Below, piece after piece: positions 55,224-63,552 of a stretch of DNA of 64,000 bases. The notes beneath the pieces were generated by a model that was not told where the DNA came from, made no database searches, and was given only the letters and a program-made list of their open reading frames with translations. The DNA is from an uncultured Lachnospiraceae bacterium (GTDB lineage: Bacteria; Bacillota; Clostridia; Oscillospirales; CAG-272). Every line of letters starts with the position of its first letter. Positions within the stretch are counted from its first letter, which is position 1. The stretch covers positions 15,001-79,000 of the forward strand of contig CAZLRV010000003.1 in NCBI GenBank assembly GCA_964562175.1, given 5' to 3'. The translations under genes and the position numbers were made by a program.

Positions 55224-56134
55224 GCTTTTACTCCATCATCATCGGACAAAAAGAGCTTACGGTAAAGCTTGTCCTTCAGCTTTGCGTACTTATATGCATT
55301 TTTGTAGTCCTCATCCTTTGTCGAGCAATACTCTATATCATTGTAAACACTGTACAACAGCGAGGCGTTATGCTGATTCTCGTTGTTTTCCAAAAGCAAC
55401 TCAAGCATTTTTTTCGCATCCGAATAATTGCCCTTTTGCATTTCACATCTTGCATTTATGTGCATTACATAACTTTCATTTGTGAACATCGGAAGCTCCG
55501 ACATCTCCTCGGCATAGGTATGGTCGCCGCCCTCAAGCATTTGCAGGCAATATGCGTAAAGTATTTCGTTTATGCTCTCGTAGCCGTTATACGAATCGTC
55601 GAAAAAGTCGATAAAATCGCCTGCGTATCTGCCGAAAAAGTAATTTATGAGATTGAGATACAGCCTTGCGCTTTTCTTTATTCCCGCCGTATCGTATACC
55701 GTTTTTTCACAATAGGTGAGAGCGGAGGAAAACATATCGGTAGCTTTCTTCATCGTTCCGTCGTTGTATTCTTCAACGCCGAGCTTGTGACAGCTGTGTG
55801 CCAATATCAGGCATATCTCGTCATTGCTTATTTTGCCCTCGGACTCGCCGTACACCTCAAGACATGCCGAATATTTTTTTTCTTTATAAAGCTTCTTCAT
55901 TCGCTCGCACAGCTCAAAGCCCTCGATATTCTCAACGCTTAAATTATCGTCAACGAGCATACCCTCTGTCACCCCGAGTCTAAATGCAAGGTACTTTACC
56001 GTTTGAAGTGACGGTTGAGCGGAGCCGTTTTCGATAAGCGAAAGCATATTTCTCGTCATTTTATCCGAGGCAAGCTCCTTTTGGGTCATATTCGCAAGTC
56101 TGCGGTAATGCTTTATCTTCTCGCCTATAGTCAT
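55211..56134 (-). CDS. XRE-family HTH regulator with a TPR-like helical-repeat C-terminal domain (RNPP-like architecture)
   Basis: 307 aa. HTH IKHYRRLANMTQKELASDKMTRNMLSLIENGSAQPSLQTVKYLAFRLGV is followed by about 230 aa of helical repeats. The start overlaps the DivIVA-like stop (ATGA), and the stop overlaps the GT10-B start by 13 nt. Confidence 0.75.
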   Translation of the reverse strand: MTIGEKIKHYRRLANMTQKELASDKMTRNMLSLIENGSAQPSLQTVKYLAFRLGVTEGMLVDDNLSVENIEGFELCERMKKLYKEKKYSACLEVYGESEGKISNDEICLILAHSCHKLGVEEYNDGTMKKATDMFSSALTYCEKTVYDTAGIKKSARLYLNLINYFFGRYAGDFIDFFDDSYNGYESINEILYAYCLQMLEGGDHTYAEEMSELPMFTNESYVMHINARCEMQKGNYSDAKKMLELLLENNENQHNASLLYSVYNDIEYCSTKDEDYKNAYKYAKLKDKLYRKLFLSDDDGVKAWKN

Positions 56135-56883
56135 TTTCCGATAAGCTCTTGTGCTTTATCGGATGCCTGCTCGCACAGCTCGTCAAGCTCAAGTCCCTTT
56201 TTATCTATTTCGTCAACGAGCTCTTCTATATTGTTTTTCATTTCGATTATTTGCTTTGTGCAAGTCTTGAAGCACTCCTTATACAGCTCCTTCAGCTGCT
56301 CGTCATACCTGTCAGATATCGTCTTTGCCTCATTATACGCTTCAGTACGTATACGCTCGGCATCTCTGCGAGCGTCAAGGTAAATATCGCCCATGCGAGC
56401 CGACATATCATCGTATTGCTTTGCCTTTTGCACAAGCTCATCGTCCGCATTCTTCTGCTCTGTGACCTCCGTACGACGTAACTTTTCGCAAAGCTCGTCA
56501 AGTGCGTCATTTTGACTTGCGGCAAGCTCGTTCGAGCGCTCAAGCTCTTGTTCAAGCTCGGCTATTTTGTTTTTTCTCTCTTCAAGCTCTTGCTCAAGCT
56601 CGGCTATTCTGTTTTTCGCCTCTTCAAGCTCACGAGTTGCCATTCTCGCACGCTCCGCATATTGCATCGATTCCGAAGCGGCATTCTTCATTCTTTGGGC
56701 GTTTGTCTCGGCACTTTGCCTCAGCTCTTCAAGCTCCTTGTCTCTTTTCTCGTTGTTCTGTATAAGCTTGATACGCTCGATTTGAAACTCGGAATTCATT
56801 CTTTCTATGTACTCGTTCACGTCGTCCTTGTTGTATCCGTTTATTGCTCCCCGAAACAGCTTTTCTCTTGTATCAGATGACAT
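56131..56883 (-). CDS. DivIVA-domain coiled-coil protein
   Basis: 250 aa. N-terminal FRGAINGYNKDDVNEYIERMNSEF matches the DivIVA N-domain pattern (F..a..GY...EVd.fl). The rest is a long coiled coil with an internal 14-aa duplication. Confidence 0.75.
   Translation of the reverse strand: MSSDTREKLFRGAINGYNKDDVNEYIERMNSEFQIERIKLIQNNEKRDKELEELRQSAETNAQRMKNAASESMQYAERARMATRELEEAKNRIAELEQELEERKNKIAELEQELERSNELAASQNDALDELCEKLRRTEVTEQKNADDELVQKAKQYDDMSARMGDIYLDARRDAERIRTEAYNEAKTISDRYDEQLKELYKECFKTCTKQIIEMKNNIEELVDEIDKKGLELDELCEQASDKAQELIGK
56541..56633 (-). repeat. 42-bp tandem repeat, about 2.2 copies, in frame within the DivIVA-like gene
   Basis: Unit 1 (56541-56582) and unit 2 (56583-56624) differ at 5 of 42 positions, and a third partial copy starts at 56625. 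The repeat encodes KNRIAELEQELEER / KNKIAELEQELERS. Confidence 0.85.
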
Positions 56884-57035
56884 AATCCAATCCTCCGAAT
56901 CATTCTTCTCTTATGTTACCACATATTACTCTTTTTTTCAAGGGGTAAAACGAGAAAATATTTAAAAGTTTTATATATGGATGTAATATTTGAAATGTAT
57001 AATAAAGAAGTAATTTTAAACGGAGGCGTTTATTT

Positions 57036-58112
57036 ATGAATATCAATGAAACCTCCGAGCTTTGGCATTATCTTGCAAATACCACACGTCCGATATTGCT
57101 TTACGGTATGGGCGACGGTGCGGACAAGATAATAAACGAGCTGGCAAAATACGGAAAGAGTGTTGACGGCATATTCGCCTCGGATGAATTCGTTCGCGGA
57201 CAGCGCTTTCATGACATGACCGTGCAGACACTGTCACAGCTTGAGCGGGTATTTTTCGAGCCGATCATTTTACAAGCCTTTGCCTCAAGTCTGCCATCGG
57301 TTCTCGAACATATTGATGAGTTGAGCCGACGGTATGAGTACTACGTCCCCGATGTTCCCGTTTTCGCATCGGACGTTTTCAATATGGAGTTTTTCCGAAA
57401 AAACGAATGTAAGCTCGATGAGGTCTATTCCCTGCTCTGCGATGACGAATCGCGCCGAGTACTTGAGGGGATATTAAATTACAAGCTGAGCGGACGCATT
57501 GAATATTTGCGCGGTACGGAGTGCGAGCTTGACGGCTTTATAGCAGAGAATCTGCCTGTTTGCAAATACCGCACCTATTGTGACGGCGGTGCATACCGAG
57601 GCGAAAGCTCGCTCGGCGCCGTAAAGCTTTTCCCAAACCTTTCAAGCATATACGCCTTTGAGCCGGATCCGTCCTCGTTCAAAAAGCTGTCCTCCGTCGA
57701 TTTCGGTGAAAAAGTCGATGTCAAGCTTTTTAACGGCTCACTCGGCTCACATGACGGACTTTGCGATTTTGTCGTTCGGAAAAACCGCTCCTCCTCGCTT
57801 CTCTCATCACGCACGGAAGCTGACGGCAAGCATATACGCACGATCCGTCAGTACGCTCTCGACTCCGTTGTCGCCGACGATAACTGCTTTGTAAAGCTCG
57901 ATGTTGAGGGAAACGAATACGAGGCACTGCTCGGATGTGAGGGTCTTATAAAAAAAGGCTGTGATATGCAAATATCTCTTTACCATAAAAGCGAGGATAT
58001 TTTCGCCCTGCCCTTACATATACATTCGGTAGATCCCACCTATAGACTGTACATTCGCAGGATCCCGTATATTCCGCCGTGGGATATCTCACTTTTCGCA
58101 ATACATAATTAA
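57036..58112 (+). CDS. FkbM-family SAM-dependent methyltransferase
   Basis: 358 aa. The C-terminal half (YCDGGAYRGES...IYAFEPDP...FVKLDVEGNEYEALLG) matches the FkbM methyltransferase domain pattern. Confidence 0.75.
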   Translation: MNINETSELWHYLANTTRPILLYGMGDGADKIINELAKYGKSVDGIFASDEFVRGQRFHDMTVQTLSQLERVFFEPIILQAFASSLPSVLEHIDELSRRYEYYVPDVPVFASDVFNMEFFRKNECKLDEVYSLLCDDESRRVLEGILNYKLSGRIEYLRGTECELDGFIAENLPVCKYRTYCDGGAYRGESSLGAVKLFPNLSSIYAFEPDPSSFKKLSSVDFGEKVDVKLFNGSLGSHDGLCDFVVRKNRSSSLLSSRTEADGKHIRTIRQYALDSVVADDNCFVKLDVEGNEYEALLGCEGLIKKGCDMQISLYHKSEDIFALPLHIHSVDPTYRLYIRRIPYIPPWDISLFAIHN

Positions 58113-58132
58113 GCTCATGAAAGGAACCTTTT

Positions 58133-59845
58133 ATGCATAACCGACGTTTTTTTACAAAGGCACTGCTTTGCTTTGTTCTTTCGCTTACACTCTGCCTGTC
58201 CGTTTTCACATTTACGGCAGGGGCTGAGCGTGAGCAGGATAAGGCTCTGCTGTCCGTACACGCATCGAATACAAATCCCAAGCCCGGCGACACCATCACC
58301 GTAACGGTGAAAATAGATAACTATGTATCAATGGTGCCGTTTATCTCCGCAATGCATATCGATATAGGCTACGACGCCGATATCTTCGAATTTGCCGATG
58401 TCGAATGCTTGCTTAACGTGAACACCGACGATGCAGTGGGCTTGAATGAAGACGGTGGTGTTGTATCGTTTTATTACGTTTATTCTCACAACAAGCCGCT
58501 TGACAAAATATCCGATTTTAAGATATTTTCTTTCGATCTCACAGTCAAGGAAACGGTCAGTGTGAATACGGCTACAACATTTGATGTTAAGAAATGTGTG
58601 TTGTACAACAACAATGACAAATACTCGGTCATAGGTTGTCAATCGCCGATGCTCGTTGACGAGCTGAACATTTGGGCAAGCTCCGCCGCCCTGCTCATGA
58701 ACGGAAGTGAGGAGAACAAGGGCAGCTACACTACCTCCGTTAAGCTCGATTTCAAGTCACCCTCGGCACAGCTTACGAGAAACTCCGGCAGTGTTATGAC
58801 GATAGAATCCGGCTACAGTTGCGTACATAACGGAAATTACAAGCTCACCCTCACCGTTGACGGTAAGAGCGTTGAGCAAAGCTTTACGATAAACAAAAAA
58901 GTCGCCTCCGTCGGCGTTGTTTATGATCCGCTGTTCAACGACCTTGAATTTATGGTCGGTGTGGATCCGAGCGTATATTTCTCACGAGGCACGGTCAAGG
59001 TCACATATTCCGATGAAACCTCGGGCGATCTGCCTCTGTCCGATTCCGACTTCAAAATAACCGGCTACAATATGAATATGCCCGGTGAGCAGACGGTAAC
59101 GATCGAATATTACGGTGTAAAGACCTCGCACACGATAACATTTGTCGAAAAGGGTATTGCCTCGGTAAGCATTGACGGTGCGCTTAAATACAATCAATTT
59201 CTCGTAAACGACCCGATCGAAACCTCCGGTATCACGCTTAACGTGAGATTTGACGACGGCTCAACAGATAACGCTCCGATAAACGCCGATATGATTACGT
59301 ACAATAACGCAATAGGCGCACAGAGCGTAACGGTAAAATACGGCACATACGAATATAAGGATGCTTTTTCCGTTACTTTCGTTTCACGTGAACGCTTCGA
59401 CAGCTTCAAAACGGGTCTTGATGCACTCGACTTGTCAACGCTTACAACAGCCGACGCCGAACGTGTGACTGCACTCGTTCAGCTTTACAACTCGTTTGAT
59501 GAGGTTGAAAAGCGTGCTTGCACCGAGGATATGAGAAGTAAGCTTGCTTCCGCCCGTGCCGCCGTCGGCTCGACCGAACCGACCACTCCTACAGCGAGTG
59601 CGGCTGTTAGTGAGGACAACTCGAACGATTCCTCCGGCTCATCAAAATGGTTGATAATAGTAATAATAGTTATCGTAGTTCTTGCGGCTCTTGCGGGCGG
59701 TGGATATTTCCTGCTTGCATATCTGAAACGCAAGCGCGAGGATTCAGAGGAATACTACTACGACGAGAACGAAACGAATGTCTACGAAGACGATTTTCTG
59801 CCTAAATTCGATGAAAACGACAAGGAGGACGATGATGAAGAATAA
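58133..59845 (+). CDS. surface protein: signal peptide, cohesin-like domain, Ig-like repeats, Thr/Pro/Ser linker, C-terminal TM anchor and acidic cytoplasmic tail
   Basis: 570 aa. LLSVHASNTNPKPGDTITVTVKIDNYVSMVPFISAMHIDIGYDADIFEFADVE resembles the cohesin N-terminal strands. GEQTVTIEYYGVKTSHTITFV is an Ig-like (group 3 type) repeat. The TM helix is WLIIVIIVIVVLAALAGGGYFLLAYL. Confidence 0.6.
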   Translation: MHNRRFFTKALLCFVLSLTLCLSVFTFTAGAEREQDKALLSVHASNTNPKPGDTITVTVKIDNYVSMVPFISAMHIDIGYDADIFEFADVECLLNVNTDDAVGLNEDGGVVSFYYVYSHNKPLDKISDFKIFSFDLTVKETVSVNTATTFDVKKCVLYNNNDKYSVIGCQSPMLVDELNIWASSAALLMNGSEENKGSYTTSVKLDFKSPSAQLTRNSGSVMTIESGYSCVHNGNYKLTLTVDGKSVEQSFTINKKVASVGVVYDPLFNDLEFMVGVDPSVYFSRGTVKVTYSDETSGDLPLSDSDFKITGYNMNMPGEQTVTIEYYGVKTSHTITFVEKGIASVSIDGALKYNQFLVNDPIETSGITLNVRFDDGSTDNAPINADMITYNNAIGAQSVTVKYGTYEYKDAFSVTFVSRERFDSFKTGLDALDLSTLTTADAERVTALVQLYNSFDEVEKRACTEDMRSKLASARAAVGSTEPTTPTASAAVSEDNSNDSSGSSKWLIIVIIVIVVLAALAGGGYFLLAYLKRKREDSEEYYYDENETNVYEDDFLPKFDENDKEDDDEE

Positions 59846-60578
59846 GATAATTTCCTCGGTTGCTTTGGTTCTGGCACTGCTTATCTGCTTGACCACCATC
59901 GTATTTGCGGAGCCTGATGCCTCGATATCCGTTTCCTTTGACAAGGAAACATATACCGTCAAGATCGGCTCAAGCCTTAAGGTAGCCGCAACGGTATCCG
60001 ACACGTCTGTTACGCTTACCTACAAGATAACCGAAAATGAAAAGGTCGCTTCCGTTGACTCCGAGGGCAATGTAACGGGCAAAAAGGAAGGCACGGCAAA
60101 AATAGGCGCTTTTGTCGGCGATGTGGAGTATGCCACGGCTTATATAAAGGTCGAAAAAGCAAAGCTTTCCGTAGTCGAGGGCGACGGTGCGTCATATTTG
60201 CGCGGCTTTGATGTCGGCTCGACTATTGACACCTGCCAAGGTGATATCGCCGAATATCTCGGCGTTGAGAAGATACTTGTAAATATCTACAAGACAGACG
60301 AGTCTCTTGCCGCCACGAACGATATTATAGCAACGGGTATGAGCATTGAGGTCGGCGGTGAAAAGTATTCCGCTATCATAATGGGCGATGTAAACGGCGA
60401 CGGCGTAATAGATTACACCGATACCGCGGCGGCTGTTAAATACCTCTCCGGTGAGGAATATGTAAGCAATCCCGTTTTCAGGGATGCCGCAATAGTAACG
60501 GGAAGTGAGCTTGACATCGAATGCGTGCTTCTTATCTCCCGACACATTGAAAACAGAAGCAAGATCTCACAAAGCTGA
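59832..60578 (+). CDS. secreted Big_2-domain protein with a C-terminal dockerin-like module
   Basis: Start at ATG 59832/59835 behind AAGGAGG, overlapping the upstream gene by 11-14 nt. It has a signal peptide and a Big_2 segment (VASVDSEGNVTGKKEGTAKIGAF). GDVNGDGVIDYTDTAAAVKYL is a canonical dockerin F-hand, and the second repeat is degenerate. Confidence 0.65.
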   Translation: MMKNKIISSVALVLALLICLTTIVFAEPDASISVSFDKETYTVKIGSSLKVAATVSDTSVTLTYKITENEKVASVDSEGNVTGKKEGTAKIGAFVGDVEYATAYIKVEKAKLSVVEGDGASYLRGFDVGSTIDTCQGDIAEYLGVEKILVNIYKTDESLAATNDIIATGMSIEVGGEKYSAIIMGDVNGDGVIDYTDTAAAVKYLSGEEYVSNPVFRDAAIVTGSELDIECVLLISRHIENRSKISQS

Positions 60579-60593
60579 TAGGATCTAAAGCAT

Positions 60594-60626
60594 ACGCCCC
60601 GACAGTGACCTGTCGGGGCGTTTTTG
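60594..60626. terminator. bidirectional terminator between the dockerin-like gene and the convergent ABC ATPase
   Basis: 12-bp stem acgccccgacag / ctgtcggggcgt followed by TTTTT. Confidence 0.75.
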
Positions 60627-60646
60627 TATGTGTTCTTTTATGTAGT

Positions 60647-61390
60647 TTACAGAATTTTCGCAAGGAAGCTTTTCAGACGGTCTGATGACGGAGCTTCGAA
60701 TATTCGTGTCGGTGTTCCCTCTTCGATTATTCTACCCTCGTCCATAAATATTACCCTGCTTCCGACTTCACGGGCAAAGCCCATTTCGTGAGTAACTACT
60801 ATCATTGTCATACCCTCGTGTGCAAGCTCACGCATAACGTCAAGCACCTCGCCGACCATTTCCGGATCAAGTGCCGAGGTAGGTTCATCGAAAAGCATTA
60901 CCTCCGGTTGCATACACAAGGCTCTGACGATTGCGATTCTTTGCTTCTGACCACCGGAGAGCTGGCTCGGATATGCATCGGCTCTTTCGAGCAAGCCTAC
61001 GCGAGATAACATCATTCTCGCATAGCTCTCCGCCTCTGCCTTTGTTTTATGAAGCAGCTTCATCGGGGCTATGGTGAGGTTTTTCATTATAGTCATATTC
61101 GGAAACAGATTAAAATGCTGAAATACCATTCCCATTTTACGCCTGTGAAGATTTATATCAATATGCGGATCGGTTATATTTTCACCGTTTAAGATTATTT
61201 TACCACTTGTCGGCATTTCAAGCAGATTGAGAGAGCGAAGAAAAGTGGATTTTCCGCTTCCGGACGGTCCTATGATAACAACGACCTCGCCTCTGCGAAT
61301 TTCCGCACTGACTCCGTCAAGTGCTTTTACGGTACCCTTGTTGTAATGCTTTTTCAAATCGTCAACCTTTATCAATATATTACCGTTCAC
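60647..61390 (-). CDS. amino-acid ABC transporter ATP-binding protein
   Basis: 247 aa with Walker [10 protein letters not shown], signature LSGGQKQR and Walker [12 protein letters not shown]. GlnQ/ArtP-like. Confidence 0.9.
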   Translation of the reverse strand: MNGNILIKVDDLKKHYNKGTVKALDGVSAEIRRGEVVVIIGPSGSGKSTFLRSLNLLEMPTSGKIILNGENITDPHIDINLHRRKMGMVFQHFNLFPNMTIMKNLTIAPMKLLHKTKAEAESYARMMLSRVGLLERADAYPSQLSGGQKQRIAIVRALCMQPEVMLFDEPTSALDPEMVGEVLDVMRELAHEGMTMIVVTHEMGFAREVGSRVIFMDEGRIIEEGTPTRIFEAPSSDRLKSFLAKIL

Positions 61391-62114
61391 TCTTTCTCAG
61401 CCTCCTCTCTACTATGGAAACTATCTTCGTCATAAGCATTACGACGATAAGATAGATCAATGCGACGGCAAGGAGCGGAAACAGCGACGAAAAGGTTCTT
61501 CCTCTGATTATTTCCCCACCCTTTGTAAGATCCATTATTCCGACATAGCCTGCCACGGAGGTCTCCTTAAGCAGTGCTATGGTCTCATTGAGAAGTGCGG
61601 GCAATACGTTCTTTATTACCTGCGGAATAACTATGTAAAGCATCGTTTGCAGATAATTAAAGCCGAGTGAGCGTCCCGCCTCAAACTGTCCGTTGTCAAT
61701 TGACATAATACCGCCGCGAAGTATCTCCGCAACATATGCACCGGAGTTAATACCGAACGCCAATATTGCGATAAGTATCTCATTTTTCGACGATGCGAAG
61801 ATTATGAAGTACATTATAAGAAGCTGAACGACAACAGGCGTGCCTCTTATTACCGTAAGATAGAGCTTGCATATACCGTTAAAGAGTTTCAATATATAGT
61901 AGCTCAGACTGCGGCGAGCCTTCAAGCTCTCCTCGTTCTTGTCGTATGTCGTTCTGACCGATGCGACGATTATTCCTATGCTTATGCCTATCAAGGCGGC
62001 AAACAGTGTGATTATCAAAGTGTTTTTTATACCGTTTCCGATATACTTCCAGCCTGGGTAGTCAACAAAATTTATTTGATATTGCTTTTTTAATGTTTCA
62101 ATCAGTTTTTCCAT
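61380..62114 (-). CDS. amino-acid ABC transporter permease
   Basis: Start moved to [10 protein letters not shown] (ATG 62114) behind a GGAG RBS. It has a His/Glu/Gln/Arg-type permease EAA-like region ([13 protein letters not shown]). Confidence 0.85.
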   Translation of the reverse strand: MEKLIETLKKQYQINFVDYPGWKYIGNGIKNTLIITLFAALIGISIGIIVASVRTTYDKNEESLKARRSLSYYILKLFNGICKLYLTVIRGTPVVVQLLIMYFIIFASSKNEILIAILAFGINSGAYVAEILRGGIMSIDNGQFEAGRSLGFNYLQTMLYIVIPQVIKNVLPALLNETIALLKETSVAGYVGIMDLTKGGEIIRGRTFSSLFPLLAVALIYLIVVMLMTKIVSIVERRLRKSER

Positions 62115-62201
62115 TCCGTGTCTCCGATCGGGGCATAAATCAACAAAAATCAAGATCATCGCATAAAGTGGTGACCTTGATCCTTGCTTTAGTGTACAAG
62201 T

Positions 62202-62235
62202 CTGTCGCATTATATGCTATAGCATAATGCGACAG
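62202..62235 (-). other. intercistronic near-perfect palindrome / stem-loop between the binding-protein and permease genes
   Basis: ctgtcgcattatatgctatagcataatgcgacag has arms of about 15-17 nt and no following U-run. Confidence 0.6.
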
Positions 62236-62252
62236 CCCGTATTATCAATAAA

Positions 62253-63020
62253 TTATTCTGCGGGAATGTATTTATCGATTATCTTCTGAATCTCGCCGTT
62301 GTCGGTATACTTTTTAAGTGCATCGTTGATCTTATTGAGCAGCTCTGTGTTGTCCTTTGCAACTGCTATGGCGTAATCCTCCTCAACGTACTTCGTGTCG
62401 AGTACCTTGAGTCCGGTGTTAGCCTTAACGTATGACTTTGCAGGCTCGTTGTCTATAACAACGCAATCTATCTTGTCGGTCTTGAGTGCTTCAATAGCCT
62501 CGTTACCTGTCTTGTACTGAACTACTCTGTCAGAGCCGCAATCGTCCTCGCAGTAGATAGAGCCTGTCGTACCGGTCTGAACGCCTATTTTATATGTTGC
62601 ACCTTCTGCGAGAATATCATCTACGGAGGTAATGGGCGAATCCTCTTTTACGACAACTGCCTGAACGCCCTTTGCATATGATGTGGAGAAATCCACGTTT
62701 ACGAGTCTGTCCTCACGAACAGTCATACCTGCCATACCGATATCGTATTTGCCTGCCTTTACTCCGTCGATTATCGAGTTGAACTCAACGTCTGCTATCT
62801 CAAGCTCCATACCAAGCTCTTTTGCGATAAGCGCCGCGATCTCGGCATCTATTCCGACTATCTTATCTCCGTCGTAATATTCATAGGGAGGGAAAGACGC
62901 GTTTGTTGCCATAACGAGCTTTTTGTCCTCTTTAGAGCAGGAAGCAAGTGAAAATACACACGTGCAAACCATCAGGGTCGCAAGTATAAGTGCTAAAATC
63001 TTTTTCATAGTTTTATTCAT
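62253..63020 (-). CDS. amino-acid ABC transporter substrate-binding lipoprotein
   Basis: 255 aa with lipobox SLASC and family 3 SBP patterns (FPPYEY, GMTVREDR-like). Confidence 0.88.
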   Translation of the reverse strand: MNKTMKKILALILATLMVCTCVFSLASCSKEDKKLVMATNASFPPYEYYDGDKIVGIDAEIAALIAKELGMELEIADVEFNSIIDGVKAGKYDIGMAGMTVREDRLVNVDFSTSYAKGVQAVVVKEDSPITSVDDILAEGATYKIGVQTGTTGSIYCEDDCGSDRVVQYKTGNEAIEALKTDKIDCVVIDNEPAKSYVKANTGLKVLDTKYVEEDYAIAVAKDNTELLNKINDALKKYTDNGEIQKIIDKYIPAE

Positions 63021-63044
63021 TTCCTTTTCTTATTGTTTTCAGTC

Positions 63045-63073
63045 ATTATACTACAATTATCGGCTTTTGTCAA
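63045..63073 (-). promoter_or_regulatory. consensus sigma-A promoter of the ABC transporter operon
   Basis: On the minus strand: TTGACA (63073-63068), 17-nt spacer, TATAAT (63050-63045). Confidence 0.7.
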
Positions 63074-63105
63074 TAGGTTTAAGTATAATTTTTCAGTAGT
63101 TTGTT

Positions 63106-63534
63106 TTATTTATGCATTTGCTTTGCCGGGCTGTCGCAATAGCGGCATCTGTAAAGATGCTTTTCCTCATCGGCAAGATAGAATATATGGTTAAGATCTC
63201 CCTCTGCACTCGTTATACATCTGGGATTCTTGCATTTGATGACATTTTGCAGAGTAGTGGGCAATCGAAGCTGTTCTTTTCTCTCTATAACGGAATTCTT
63301 TACGATATTTACCGTTATTCCCGAATCAATATATCCAAGCACGTCAAGATCGATATCTATCAAGGCATCTATCTTTATAATGTCTTTTTTACCCATTTTT
63401 TGACTTTTCACGTTTCTTATTATCGCAACGGAGCAATCAAGCTCATCAAGTCCGAGATAATTGTAAACGCTCATTCCCTTGCCCGCCGTTATGTGGTCAA
63501 GGACATATCCGTTAGTTATGGTATCTATATTCAT
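63106..63534 (-). CDS. pyrI: aspartate carbamoyltransferase regulatory subunit
   Basis: 142 aa with VLDHI near the N-terminus and the C-terminal zinc motif CKNPRCIT...RCRYCD. Confidence 0.9.
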   Translation of the reverse strand: MNIDTITNGYVLDHITAGKGMSVYNYLGLDELDCSVAIIRNVKSQKMGKKDIIKIDALIDIDLDVLGYIDSGITVNIVKNSVIERKEQLRLPTTLQNVIKCKNPRCITSAEGDLNHIFYLADEEKHLYRCRYCDSPAKQMHK

Positions 63535-63552
63535 ATCGGTTCTCCCACATGA

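Noticed and set aside
56884-57035. Small signalling-peptide ORF expected near an RNPP-like XRE/TPR regulator
   Set aside because: I found no short ORF with an RBS in the divergent spacer or downstream of the regulator, whose stop overlaps the GT10 gene. The RNPP analogy therefore rests on domain architecture only.
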